Below, piece after piece: positions 1 to 14,200 of a DNA stretch of 64,000 bases. The stretch spans positions 23,138,070-23,202,069 of the forward strand of contig NC_092671.1 of NCBI RefSeq assembly GCF_964355755.1, written 5' to 3'. This DNA comes from Antedon mediterranea (lineage: Eukaryota > Animalia > Echinodermata). The notes under the pieces were generated by a model, which saw nothing but the letters and a program-made list of their open reading frames with translations, ran no database searches and was not told the DNA's origin. Every line of letters begins with the position of its first letter. Position 1 is the first letter of the stretch. The translations under genes were made by a program, and so were the position numbers.

Positions 1-3000
1 TACTTATTTTAGTGATGCTCACAGTACCACAAGTTGGTTAGACCATGTTGTGAGCACTCATAGTTCCCATTCTCTGCTATGTAATTTTATAGTTAATTAT
101 GATTTTATGTGTTCTGATCACTTTCCTATTTCGTTTGACTATTTGGGCATTGATACTTGTGATCATTGTAATGACAAGGGTGAAAATATGCATGAATCCT
201 CAAAAAATATTAAAGGGGGGTTCCGGGTTTAAAATGAATAGTAAAAAATGTAAAATATATTTGTTTGTCTCTTGAACGGTAAAAGTTTCAATTTATATAA
301 GCGCCCAGTGAAGCAGAACGAAGGCTGTGAAATGAGGCCAGATTACAAGTGCAGCTACGGCAAAATCACACTGTGGTTACAGAATACGAAATTCGTGAAA
401 TGGTCAATCTTCCGACGACTCGTTATCAATAACCATATCAATTACTTTTGTAAAATTATACTTATCTGATGTAATTTTAGTCGGTCTTCCCATTTATAAA
501 ATCAATTTTCTATGAAAATCCATCAAAACAGTGAAAAATTAGATAAGTTTGCACTTTACGTTTGCCGATTTTCGCACTGACTTAGGGAAAGCCTTCAAAA
601 TCAATGAAGCGTAACGTATACATTCCTGCTGAGCGAGGAGAGCGAGACGACAATACACGTGCTCTCTCTGCCCATGCCTGGCATCGTCACGTGATAAGCA
701 GATACAGTATACAATACCAAACTGGTCGGGTCGAGTATACCCCGTCTATATCACAACATGAACGATGTACAGTATTTGATTGAAGGTCGACTCAACCTAC
801 CGGAATGGTATAGATAATATAGCTCGAATGAGAGAGTTGGAATATTTGTAAACATAAGTACAGTATTGCTAATTTTAACAAGTGTAGCCTATAGTAAAAG
901 GCCTGGTAGTATCAATTCGCATAGGGTCTACTACACTAGCTAGCTCAATTTTTAACTGGGCCGGATCGGCTAGGCTAGGCTAGGTCTCCTTCCTACTACC
1001 GGTCTACTTGCTTGATGCAGTATACGATTTTTTGGAGAGTAAACTAGGCCTACTTATTAGACCATACGTGCGGACGGCGATCGGACCTTGTTTTGCCTCA
1101 ATATTTACAGCCGATTTTTGTAGAACATTTTAGGTTTAGATTGTTTAGGAGTTTGGTTGATAGGATGGGTTTGGAATCCACTGAGTTTTGTTATTTATGG
1201 GCCAATCGTTTAGTAATAGGCTAGAGGCCCATGAATGATGGCCATCGTGGCATGGAATCCCTAGTCAGAAATGGCTCTCACCCCGGCATGAATAAAATGA
1301 TTTAGTCTAGGCCTAGCCTAGTACGTGAAGCCGATATACGATCTGTACTATTAATTTGAGGTATAAAAATAGTATAATTTATGACTCCGTAATCTGTACT
1401 AAATTTTGTATTTCATTAAATGTCAAATAAATATATGCTACTACTGTTATTATTACACTTTAGGCCTAGCTTCTTAGCAAATCTACAAAAAATGTATTTC
1501 ACAATGATCGGGTGGTCGTCGTTTGACAGAGGAGAGAGAACACAACGTACAAGCTTGACGTCGCGAGTTTGGAATCCACTGATGACGTGATTTTGTGAAT
1601 ATCTCATGAATATTAATGAGCTTCCCTAAGCTGCTGAAAAACAGACTTTCCATGAATTTACCCTAAAATGTATATGAAATTTAATTTTTTTAATTTCTCG
1701 TTATTACTTCTTCATTCTGACATGTCTATATTGTTATAATATTTTTTATTTAATAAATAAACGATATTTAAAAGCAATTTTAAACCCAGAATCCCCCTTT
1801 AAAGTTAACTGGAATAATGTTAAGAGGGAGGATATAAACAATTTTAATGAGATAACTGAATCCTTACTTAGTAACCTTACTCTCAATTGCGATGGTTTAC
1901 TTTGTAATGATTCCTCATGTAAAGATGAATGCCATTGCAATGATATTAGTGATTTATATGACAATATTATTGAGTGTCTGAAAGTCAGTTCTGAGTGGTG
2001 TTTTAAGTCGACTAAAAATCAAAAAGTCAATGTTGTCCCTGGGTGGAATAACCGAGTAGCTGGATTTCATAAACATGCCCGGGAAGCATTTTTGAAGTGG
2101 CGTGGGTTGGGTAAACCCAGATATGGCCACATCTATTAACACATGAAAATCACTAGATCTAATTTCAAAAATGCCCTCAGAAAGTGTAAATCCAACGAAG
2201 AAATGCTAAGGGCGGACTCGATGGCCAAGTCTTTTGACGATAAGGACTATAATAGTTTCTGGGGTAAGGTTAAGAAATCCAGCTATGCCAATTCCCAGTT
2301 TAACATTATTGGTAGTGCTAAGGGGGAAAATGACATTTGTGACCTATGGCGTCAACATTTCTCCGATTTATTTAATAGTATTGACTCATCTGAGCATAAG
2401 ACTTTTGTTAATGAAACTCTTGAAAACTGTACAGACGGTGAAATTGATGTTTCACCCCATAATATTAAGCTATTAATTGACAAATTGCCCAATGCTAAAG
2501 CAGTGGGATATGATGGTCTATGCAATGAGTATTTCAAATTCGCTTCTGAGCGACTTAGTATTATTTTAAGTGTATGTTTTAAGGCTATGTTTGTTCACGG
2601 GTTTGTTCCAAGTAATCTCACAAAAGTCACGCTTGTTCCGGTAATTAAATCTAAATCAGGGAATATCACTGATAAAGGGAATTATCGGCCAATAGCTTTG
2701 GCATGTGTAGCTTCTAAACTTCTAGAGTCTGTAATGATACAACATTGTGGTAATTCACTGGACTCCCATGACAACCAGTTTGCCTTCAAATCTGGTCACT
2801 CAACCGAATTGTGTATATTTGCTCTTAAACAGATTATCGAGCATTACAACAATCATGGTAGCCCAGTTTATTGCTGTTTCTTGGACGCTAGCAAAGCCTT
2901 TGATAAAGTGAACCACTGGACACTTTTCAAGACCCTAATTGACAGGGGTACCCCTTCACCTGTAGTTAAGATACTGAGGTCATGGTATAGGAACCAGGAA

Positions 3001-3816
3001 TTTGTTGTCAGGTGGGGGAAGTTCCGTTTCCGATTCTTTCACTGTTCGTAATGGGGTTCGCCAGAGAGGCGTTATGTCCCCTCTACTTTACAATGTGTAC
3101 ACTGATCCGTTAACTGTTGAACTGACTAAGTCAAAAGAAGGTTGTGAAATTAACAGTCTTAAACTGAATTGCCTAAGCTTTGCCGATGACTTGGTCCTTT
3201 TGGCTCCGTCAGTGACTGGCTTACAAAGCCTAGTTGGACTCTGTGAAGGTTTTGCTAGTGACCATGATATTACTTTTAATGAAACCAAATCCAAATGCTT
3301 GTTATTTTGCCCGAAAGTCCACATATTACCTTAAATGGGGCACCTCTAATCGTTGATAATTCAATAACCTATCTTGGTCATGTGATCAGTAATAACCTGA
3401 GTGATGAAAGTGACATCAAACGTCAATATCGATCTATTTGCATTAGGGCCAACTCTATAAATAGAAAGTTTGGAAAATGTTCTACTAAGACTAAATGTTA
3501 TCTATTTAAGAGTTACTGTGTCAGCATGTACTGTTCAACCTTATGGTGTAGATATAATAAGAGCACTCTGAGATGATCACTGAATGTATGTTATAACAAT
3601 GCCTTACGTTTGCTGCTGAAGCAGCCTAGACATTGTAGTGCAAGCATGATGTTTGTCTTAAATGACGTCCCATCCTTTGATGAGTTCATTAGAAAATCTG
3701 TTTTTAGTTTTAAAAATCGTGTGAACGCAAGTAGTAATTCCTTGATCATGGCCATTAATCGCCACGTTCTTAGTGTGTCAAGAATGCACATACAATGGAA
3801 TGCTTTGTTGCATTGA
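1..3816 (+). mobile_element. Degenerate LINE (RTE-X-like ORF2: endonuclease C-terminus plus reverse transcriptase), interrupted by a TTAA element
   Basis: 1-210 encodes WLDHVV...SDHFPI (end of APE endonuclease). 2143-3816 encodes NYRPIALA, FLDASKAFDKV, NGVRQRGVMSP and FADD across several frameshifts. Removing 214-1798 plus one TTAA restores the frame (KNIKVNWN). The 3' UTR resumes after a second insertion, with AATAAA near 6480. Clade call is from recalled motifs. Confidence 0.85.
214..1798. mobile_element. Non-autonomous Kolobok-like DNA transposon
   Basis: TTAA at 210-213 and 1799-1802. TIRs AGGGGGGTTCCGGGTTTAAAAT and AGGGGGATTCTGGGTTTAAAAT match 20/22. A purine-purine start with TTAA TSD fits Kolobok. 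No transposase ORF. Confidence 0.8.
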
Positions 3817-3921
3817 CTTTATATATTTACATATCTTTGTTTTTGTTCTATGAGCTGTTAGATTAAGATTTTTTTTTCTCTCTTTTGCTATGGATATAAT
3901 ATTATGTCACCATGATATTCC

Positions 3922-6472
3922 CAGGCCCGTAGCCAGGGGGGTTTTTGGGGTTCGGGCGAACCCCCCCCCCCCCCTTGAAAAACAAAGGCCCCACTTCCAA
4001 AATCGTGCAATTAATTATCAATTATATCAGATTTTTTAGTCATTTTACTTCTATTGACTATGTTTAAATCGATCGAATATACAGATTGTCCGATGTCAAA
4101 GTCACTGCTGAGCGTGAGATCGAGAGATTGTTGAGAGATGATGGTTATAAATATGACAGAAAAATGGACTGACCAATCGCGTGCTTCGGCCGGGCTTTTC
4201 GGAACGCACAAGATCACGTTCAGTTCAGTTCAATCTTTTTGGGGATTTTTATTTTTTTCCTGGAAATATTTTTCATTAAACCAAAGAATTTCACTGTGTA
4301 AACTTGAATAAAAATGGTGCTGAGTTAAATTGGTACGTGTACGTAGGCCTACTGTATATTTCGGTGTATAAGACGCACTTTTGACACGCAAAATTGACCT
4401 CTAAATGTTACCCTAATTAATTTAATTACCTAATAATATTTAAATTAATTAAAAATAGTGTACTACTCTGCAATGTAGGCCTAGCTAGTTACTCACTCCT
4501 GTCTAACCACAGTGTGGTAACAAGTTTATTGAATTTTTAGTTAAGGTAAATTGTCATCCTCGACTGTATTAATTAATATTACAGTACGCATTAGATATTC
4601 TACCCAGGCCTAGTAATACTCTCTGAACTCACGGGTGTGTATTCTAGCAGCATGCAACATCACAGCGCAACACATTTATGGAAGAGGCCATTAATTACGG
4701 TGGTGTCACATTTTAATTACACAATAACTATTTCCCTTGATCACATCTCTATGTCAACAATCACATAATTTTATAATCATGTAGGCAATAGTTTGTATGT
4801 CAAGCGATATCTAAAAGAGTGTGTTGTTATTGTGTTAAGTAGCTTCCCCTAATCTCATAGGTCGTGTTCGTACGGTGGTTAAAATAAGCGCTTAATTTCA
4901 CCCATGTCTCGGGTTATAAATTGAGCGTTGTTCGTACTTGAAATATTTAACCGCTTAAATGCTTAATCGACGAATCACAAACCGGAAATTACGTTTTAAG
5001 GTCAGTTGTCTTTACAACCTACGACCCCATTTTCGCACGCTAGTTTCGTGTTGTATGTTTTTCACTCGCGATCTTTCTTTACAATAACAATTACTTGCTA
5101 CCTTTTACACTGCTTATCCTTGCGACAAACCTTATGCCTCTTAACGCCGATAATCCTGCCCAAATATTCCTTCTCCTGACGACCATTATTTTACTCATTG
5201 ACGAAGAATTTGAGCCCAATGTTACACGACGGAAACACCACCGACCAGCTAGGCCTACTAACTAAGCGGTCTACACCAACAAGGACAGCACCAGCTGACG
5301 ATCGCTCTCGAAGCGTGTATGGAAGAGCTTCGTAGGAGAAATGACGGGTCTAGGCAGCGAACGTTTGTCAAAATTTGACACATTGCCTCTATCGGAGATT
5401 TATTATCCTCGAAGGCCGAGTATAATTGGATTATCGCTGAAATAACCTGCAAATTTGGTAAACATTTTGCCTCGAATTTTTTGTAGCCTGAGGCAAAAGT
5501 TAATTGGATCACGCGAACGGAAATCGGGAATAAGCTGGTATTTTCAACCCCTACGAACAGGCCCATAGTGTATATGGCCAACAGTGCTGGCCACCAGGCA
5601 AGGAGCACATGGTTAGTGCTCTCCTCTCCTCATATTGCTGTAATGCATGCATGGAAATAGGAAAGATTTTCATATAGGCCTACCCAACATGATATTCCTG
5701 GTTCATTATCAGCCCAAAAAAACTGAACATCATTTGGATTGATTTTATAATGGTCATACACACAATAAGAAGGTATATATTTAAATAATATGAAATTAAA
5801 GTTACTTAAATAGACATAGGCTAGCCATACCCACACAGTGCATCGTAACTGAAACAATATGGGGATTTCCCTTTTCAGTTCAGTTGAAGTAGAGACTGAT
5901 TACGATGTAATAAAGGCAATCAAACAAAATTATATCATTTGATTCTAATAAATATGTCTCAAATATCGTTGTTTTATTATTAAAATACCATTGTTTTGAT
6001 TGTAAAATGTTTAAATTTCGGCCTAGAAATAAGTGCGTCTTATGCATCGACTACATAAAAAATACTAATATTTCAGTCTCCGTTTTATGGGTGCGCCTTA
6101 TACACAGGTGCGACTTGTACACCGAAATATACGGTACTATTTGTTTTTTATGTTTATAGGATAAGAAATTATTTAAGGGCCTAATATAATATACTTTTTT
6201 GCAACAATAAAGCTGTATTTCATGATCAGTACTACTAACTTCCATAATACTGTACTATATAATTTCTCTGCATAACTCAGATTCTAGTAGGTAAAAAATG
6301 TCTCTGTAAGCTTATTAAAACAACCGAAATTGCTCTGAGAGCCAAAGCTTCCAGGGGCCTTCGCCCCCTGGACCCCGACCCCTTGGCCCCCCAGCCTACA
6401 GTTGCTCGCTGCGCTCGCTAAATACTTGGTGTCAAGAAAATCCCCCTCTGATGCATTCTGGCTACGGGCCTG
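3922..6472. mobile_element. Non-autonomous hAT-like element with 6-bp TSD
   Basis: 15-bp TIR CAGGCCCGTAGCCAG at 3922 and its reverse complement ending at 6472. TATTCC flanks both ends (3916-3921, 6473-6478). Confidence 0.8.
4352..6134. mobile_element. Non-autonomous Tc1/mariner (pogo/Tc2-like) element nested in the hAT-like element
   Basis: TA at both flanks. TIRs CTGTATATTTCGGTGTATAAGACGCAC and CCGTATATTTCGGTGTACAAGTCGCAC match 24/27. Confidence 0.75.
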
Positions 6473-6499
6473 TATTCCGAAATAAAAAGATAAATGAAT

Positions 6500-7570
6500 A
6501 CGTCCAAACACTACATATTACGGATCTCTAGAACGAAAGTAACATCAGATCACCGAAGTTAAATTTAGATAAAGTTCTCATACAATACATTCTGGGATTT
6601 AATTTTTTGCTGATGAAGTCTATATGGTCTCCTCAACTTAGTTTATCATTGAAAACAATTCCTAGATACTTGTACTGGTCAACAATTTCAATTTCTTTAC
6701 CTATGATAGTGATTGGTTGAAAATTAAATTTATGTTTAGTCTTAAAATCAATGATCATCTCCTTTGTTTTTGATGCATTTATTTGGAGATAATTATCGTC
6801 ACAAAATTTAACAAATCTTTGTATTTCGCTACGATAATTTTCATCATTGTTTGAAACTATGAGACCAATAGTACTACTGTCATCAGCGAATTTAACAACG
6901 GGGCAAAGCTCATCATTTAAAGATCTGTAATCGGCCGTATACAAGGAATATAATTTAGGTGCGTTGACAGTTCCCCGAGGAACACCGGTGTCAGAGGTTA
7001 CAATTTCTGACTTATCACCATTAATATTAACAAATTGTTTTCTATCACAAATGAAATTTAAGACTAAACGAACAATCGGACGGGGAAACTCCATATTCAA
7101 CATTTTGTCTGCAAGGATATGGGGTTGTATGGTATTAAACGCAGACTGAAAATCAAAATACATAATACGTGCCGAGTGGCCTTTCTTTACATTATCAAGA
7201 TGTGAATACAATTTATGTAATTTAAAAAGTATCGCATCACTGGTACTACGGAGTGATCGGTAAGCAAATTGCAACGGGTCTAATACTTTTTCAGCAGAAG
7301 GTTTCATCATTTTTAAAATAATACGTTCCAATGTTTTCATCGCGACAGACGTGAGTGCGACGGGTCTCAAATCATTCATGCTATTAATCTTAGGTTTCTT
7401 AGGTACCGGTATTATGCATAAAAGTTTCCAAATATCCGGGAACGCAAGAAAGACGCATATTAAAAATAAATGTAAATATACCATTAAGATGAGGAGAGCA
7501 GACCTTAAGTACTCGTGGTGGGATTCTATCCGGCCCAGCAGCCTTCGATGAATTGAGTTTCATGAATTCG
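6500..7570 (-). mobile_element. LINE reverse transcriptase fragment, Rex1/Babar-like
   Basis: ORF 6633-7484 has LRPVALTSVAMKTLER, DFQSAFNTIQPH, KFADD and YKYLG motifs. It is truncated at both ends. Confidence 0.85.
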
Positions 7571-7593
7571 TTATGTACATCAGAAATGCTTAT

Positions 7594-10500
7594 TAGTTAT
7601 CCGCTTAGTAGCGGATAACTCCTTGTGATTGTAGTGGATCATTTTTTTTTTTTTTTTCCTGTATTATTCTTATTTCTTTCCCGTTTTTTCAAAATGTGTA
7701 AACATAACATTTCATGACTTTGACAACATGTGGGCATTTACGTGAAGTTGTGCACCTCCTATTTTGAATGACGTCAGAGTTGCGCAACGTGACTTACGCG
7801 CGATTTTATGATTTTTAATGATTGATCATAGCTTAAAAACCAAGCGTAATTTTTTTTTTACCCTTTATGAAAATTTAAGTCAAATAAAGCTCAAACTTTT
7901 AGTGCACTAAAAATGGCATGTTTTACAAAAAGTTACGCGCACACGCACATTTAAAATTTAAAATTGCAAAAAAACAATTTCTAATAAACTTTCTACGCGT
8001 TTCATGTCATTTTAAGCATGTCAAAAATTCCCATGCGCGTGCAAAGAGTTAAAAAAATCATTTTTTCAAGCCTTTTCTAGTAATTTTACCAACTTTTAAA
8101 CAATTTCGACTTAAAGTTACGTCATACGAGCACGTCGAATTGGACAATTTGCGCACGTTTTTGATGAAAAAGTACAAAAATTTGTCAAAATTATGCCTTT
8201 TTTTAAACAGTCGTAATTTCTAAACTACACGGTCAACTTTTTGTGAATGACATATTCCGGAAGTTGATGAGTTGTAGATATCGGATCATGTATTAATATG
8301 GCAAACCGGACATTTTAACGTCATCGTATAGCCACGCGAATATAAAATTGAGGATTTTTGTATCTTTCGTCATAGCTCATCACATTTAATAGAGCGCATC
8401 TCCACTTATCCATTTTCCATTTTCACCCCGATTTTGATATTGTCTAGGTCAATCAACTATCTTTCGCATGAGTTAAAAATATTTTAATTATTATGACGTC
8501 ATCATGCCTAAAAATCTAAATTACATGTGGCATTAATTTCATCTTTACAGAAAATTTTAATCTGTTATAGCTCGTAAGAATAAAATGTGATAATCACGAT
8601 TAAAACGTTTTCTGGAAGCTATTGGATTGTAGATACAAAATCATGTAAAAATTTGGCAAATCGGATGTTGTGACGTCATCATATGGCCAGTTAAATAAAA
8701 AAAGTCGTATTTTCATATTTTGCGTCATAGTTCATTACATTTAAAAGAGCGCGCATTAATATTTTACGTATTAAAATTTCTTCTACACGTTAATATGTTG
8801 TTGCTGAGATAAATTCTTTCCGAAATTGCTATATCAGTGTTTCATTTTCATACCGTCACCATGTTAAAAATTGGAATAAATGACGGGACCCGTAATTTCG
8901 CCTATCCTACACTGTATTAATATGTATACAGATTATACTATGTATACTGTAGATAGTATATGACACAAAATATACAGCATTTAGCACTAACAACATATTA
9001 TACTCTTCAGTTCATGTCAATATGCCATAATCTTTTTATGTGTCCAATGTATGACGTGCATGTGGCGTTTGTCGTGCGGATAACTAACTCGTCAAAGTGA
9101 CGAGTTTCATGTCTAGTTTTTTTTCTGTATTCTTCTTTCTTTCTGTCATTTTTGTGTCTCGCGTGAGATAAAAATATTTTAATTTTTTTGACGTCATCAT
9201 GCCTAAAAATTTAAATCACGTGTGGCATCAATTTCATCTTTACAGTAAATTTTAATCTGTTATAGCTCGTAAGAATAAAATGTGATAATCACGATTAAAA
9301 CTTTTTCTGGAAGCTATTCGATTGTAGATACGAAATTATGTAAAAATGTTGCCAATCGGATGTTGTGACGTCATCATATGGCCAGTTAAATAAAAAAGGT
9401 CGTATTTTCATCTTTTGCGTCATAATTCATAACATTTAAAAGAGCGCGCATCAATATTTCACGTATTCAAATTTCTTCTACACGCTAATACGTTGTTGCT
9501 GAGATAATTTCCTTTCGGAATTGCTACCTTCGCGTTTCATTTTAAAACCGTCAACATGTTAAAAATTGCAATAAATAGCGGGTCCCGTAATTTCACCTAT
9601 TCTACACTGTATGTCACTGTATGTGATATGGATACAGATTAGACTGTGTATACTATATATGAATTTAAATAATATAATAAAATTCAGCAATAACAACATA
9701 TCATATTCTTCAGTTCAGGTCATAATGCCAACGTGAACACTTCCTTTTGTCCTCAACCTATCCCCTTATTGTTAATGTTGCACCACTTGCGCGGCGGATA
9801 ACCAAACTCGTCAAAGTGACGAGTTACATGTCTAGTTCTTCTTTCTTTCTCGCTATTTTTGTGTAGAGCGTTTCTCTAAAATGTGTAAACATAACATTTT
9901 ATAACTTTGACAACCTGTGGGCATTTACGTGAAGTTGTGCACCTCCTATTTTTGAATTACGTCAGAGTTGCGCAACGTGACTTACGCGCGATTTTATGAT
10001 TTTTTATGATTGATCATAGATTAAAAACTAAAAGTGATTTTTAATTGACACTTTGTGAAAGTTTAATTTATATCATGCGCTAACTTTCTGTTGGAAAAAA
10101 ATTGCGTGTTTTACAAAAAGTTACGCGTGCACGTGCATTTAAAATTTCAAAATGCGCAAAATTAATTTCTAATCAACTTTCTACGTGTTTCATGTCATTT
10201 TAAGCATGTCAAAAATTCCCACGCGTGCGCAAATTTTTACGTGTGCGGTGCGCACGTAGCATTAAAAACATATTTTTTTTGCTTGATTTATGTTTTTCCA
10301 GCCTTTTTCTAGTAATTTTACCAACTTTTAAACAATTTCGATTTAAAGTTACGTCATACGAGCACGTCGAATTGGACAATTTGCGCGCGTTTTTGATGAA
10401 AAAGTTCAAACATTTGTCAAAATTATGCCTTTTTTTAAACAGTCGTAATTTCTAAACTACACGGTCAACTTTTTGTGGATGACATATTCTGGAAGTTGAT

Positions 10501-10975
10501 GAGTTGTAGATCGGATCATGTATTAATATGGCTAACCGGACATTGTGACGTCATTGTATTAGGCATGTTTAGGCATGACGTCGTCAAAAAAATTAAAATA
10601 TTTTTATTTCATGCGAAAGATAGTTGATTGATTGATTATTTGATGCTCAACATTAAAATAACAAACAGACAAAAGACAAAATAACGAGCATCAGGAACAC
10701 CCATTAGGCCAGAAAAACCAGCCCATTTCCAATGGGGTCCAAATTGCACATAACAAGAAAAATACAACATTTATACAAAATATATATATATATATATATA
10801 CATTAAAATAAAGCCCATTAAAACAGACAAATTAAAAGAGAAAGCAAACAAGCAATGAGAAAAATTGCACGTTATCAAGACCATTATTGACCATTGATTG
10901 ACCTAGACAATATCAAAATCGGGGAGAAAATGGAAAACGGATAAGTGGATATGCGCTCTATTAAATGTGATGCTC
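7594..10975 (+). mobile_element. Head-to-tail array of non-autonomous Helentron/DINE-1-like rolling-circle elements
   Basis: 5' hairpin AGTTATCCGC-ttagta-GCGGATAACT at 7595-7620. The 3' ends carry an inverted subterminal GCGGATAAC, hairpin AACTCGTCA-aag-TGACGAGTT and CTAG into T-runs (ending 9116 and 9835). The third copy is partial, with an inverted segment at about 10560-10975. Confidence 0.7.
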
Positions 10976-11289
10976 TTCTGAAGCCTCCGAATTTTAGTGA
11001 AGAACCGTTACATACGTTGTTTGGTTTATTTCATCAAAAAGTAGTATGCCTTGAAATATAATGCATCGTTATGTTTTTGTTTTTCTTTTAAATAATTGAG
11101 GGCAGCAAAATGCCGTGTGCAAATTGTTGGCGAATTGTGACAAAACTTGTGATGAATGTTTGGTATGAGGTTTTTATTCGCTGGCTTGTGCAAACGTGTG
11201 TGCAAGCGCGGGTCATTCAAACCGATACGAAAGGGATTGCCTTATGTTTCGTGACGTTTATAAGCGTTTGATAGTAAAATAAATGTTAA

Positions 11290-14200
11290 CACTTTGACTG
11301 CCAAACACGAAGATCTTCGTGTTTGGAAAAACAATGATTGACTGCCAAACACGAAGACCTTCGTGTTTTGCGTTTTTTTACGAAATCCGGTAGATAGGTT
11401 AATTATTGGTATATACTATAAATATGGACACTATATTCGGTCTGGACTGTAAATATTTTACTTTTTGAAATTAACTAATCTGGTTACGAACGATTGTCAA
11501 AATGGTACCCGTCAAAATAACATACACCGCGCATCCCAGTAGCGCGTACAGCGATGGTTTGGCGCATTGTGTATCGGTCGCGCGCTAGCTATGCCGCCAA
11601 AGCTTTACATAGGTTTTGCGGATTGGCATGTTTGTTCTCTCTGAATAAAAAATAATGGATTCATTTTCAATATGAAGTCTTTAATTTTATTATTGCATGT
11701 ATACCCTAATTGTTTTGGTGTTTCACTGTCAGTGGCCGAGTTTAACGCAACAAACTTGTTTAGAAATGGTATGAACATTATCATCAGTTTACTAGCTAGG
11801 CTAGTACGTAGTACTAACTAGGCTAGCCTAGGCCTAGTCGTAAAACGGATCCGGACCAACTTTAGGCCTAGTTAACTAGGCCTGGTGTCTTTACTATGTT
11901 GATTTTGGCGAAACATTGATGTAAGATTTATGATTTATAAAATGTAATACATTTTTCGATAGTGATAACTTGTTTTTATAGGCCTTTTTACTACAGGGAC
12001 ATGTCCTCAAAGCTATAGAACCGGATTTTTTTAATTTCAAACCGGATGCAGCCATATCATTATCACGTTTTGAAGATGGTACCGTATAGCCGTATTTGGT
12101 AGCGAGGTTATTGATGTGTATGTGACGTTACATCCGGTCTTATGACGTCATTACAGCTTCTTTTGCTGTACCCCGAGTATCGCACATTTGAACTTGTTTA
12201 AACTTTATTACTGAAGAGAAAAATAAAGAATAAATAAGCATACGTCTATTTTGTGTTTATTTTAATTATTTAGTTTAATATACCCTTTGCCATAATACAT
12301 GAAACCAACAACATACATTCATTCTGTTTTTCTGTGACACTACTCATGTGGGGTAATTGAAGACGAAAAACACATGTTTTTTTAATGCATACGAAATAAC
12401 GAAATATAGATAACATTTTTTTAAATATTGACAATAGCAGAAGCTCTTTTAGAGAACTTCTTTTAGGGTCTGATTGTGTATACAAAAATGACTTGAATTC
12501 AATTGCTGTCTTCTTAATATATAACATTAAGATTTTAACTGAATTAAACAAACCAGTGTGTAAAAACTCTTGGATTCTATTTAAGTCTATTGGTAAAGAT
12601 CAACAAACTAACACTCATATAATGTTAAGAGTTACCTAATTAATTTTTATGAATATAAATTATATCTTGTATGATGTATTTGTTTTGTTGTTGTTTTATA
12701 TCTTTGTATCTTTTTTTTTTTTTTTTTTATTCAGTATATTACACAGAGGCGCCTTACAAGATGGAACCACCTTAGCTTCAAGGCGCCTCAGATTAACAAA
12801 TACAACATTTTAAAACAACTAACAGAAACATCAATTAAATCTTCCAGAATTAACAAGAAATTGTTGTACATAATAAAATAATAAAGCATTTTCACAATTC
12901 GAAAGAAGATCGGAACCAAAAATAAAAATTTCACTTAAAAATGTAAAATTAAATGTTAAAGTTAAATGTTAAAGAAAAATCCTTGGCTAAGATATCCTCA
13001 ATAATTGAGTTAGCGCTTACAAGTAGAATATCTCTTTGTGTATTATAATTAGGGCAGTAACATAAGAAATGAAGCGGATTCTCAACATTAAAGCCACAAG
13101 TACAATTTATCTTTGTATCTACGAGATGTATAATGTGAACAAATATAAGAAACACATGAAACAGGAGGATAATATTGGAAACAATATGTGAAAAACTCAA
13201 ATTTACAAAAATTATAAAATTTTTGTTTTGTTTTTTAGCAGAATAATACAAAGAAAAAAAGTAAGAAATTCACAGGAAAAAAAAGGAGAAAACAATATAA
13301 TTAAAGAAAGAACATATGAAGACAGATATTACTGATTATTTGTAATGTATTTAATAATGAATGATAAAATAAAGGTGGTGGTTCACAAAAAAAAACCTTT
13401 CATCACAAATTGCACACGGAACAATATTTAATGAATCTTTTAACCTGACTAATAATTACCATAAAATAGTTTAGAGATGCCATTGTCCAATTCCTCCATT
13501 AATGACTTTACATCAGGATCATCTAGCATATGTTCAGCACATTCATGTATAAGACATTCAAGAGCTTCACCGGTTAGAATTCGTGCCATGACGTTTCTGT
13601 GTATCAAGATAAAAATATATTTTTTTTGGTTGTGTAAAAATACAAAAAATGCTACATAGTTACATAAAAATGGGTGTGACTGCAATGACATTATTATGTT
13701 TTTTTCAGTGTGTTCCTTCCTATACACAATAGGGAGAAAAAGTGTGACGTCACGTTTCCTGGCTACCGACTGCGCTGGGGACAAACAAAGTTTGGTCAGC
13801 CATCTTGTCCTATTCGTTTTTACATAATTTAGAGTTTATCATCTTTATTTTACTATGTATACTACTGTTGAATATTTTGCTGATAATCGTAAGTTCACTT
13901 TTAGTTTATAATCGCAATGTTCGAAAAATAGCATTTTAAATGTCGTGTTACATCACGACACCAGTGGTAGCCGTGTGTGGTCGTTCTTAACCGGCATATA
14001 GCAGCGACATTTTGCCGATTAATTTGACCCATATTTGGCCTAGCTTATGCATCAAAACTAGTAAAATTCAACATTTTACCTACCATATTAAAAACTCAAA
14101 CTTTAATAAGCAATACATTATAAATAAATAAATAGTAAACTGAAAGTTAGAAATGTATATTGATTTGCACATTTCCACAAACAAACGCAGAAATACTGCT

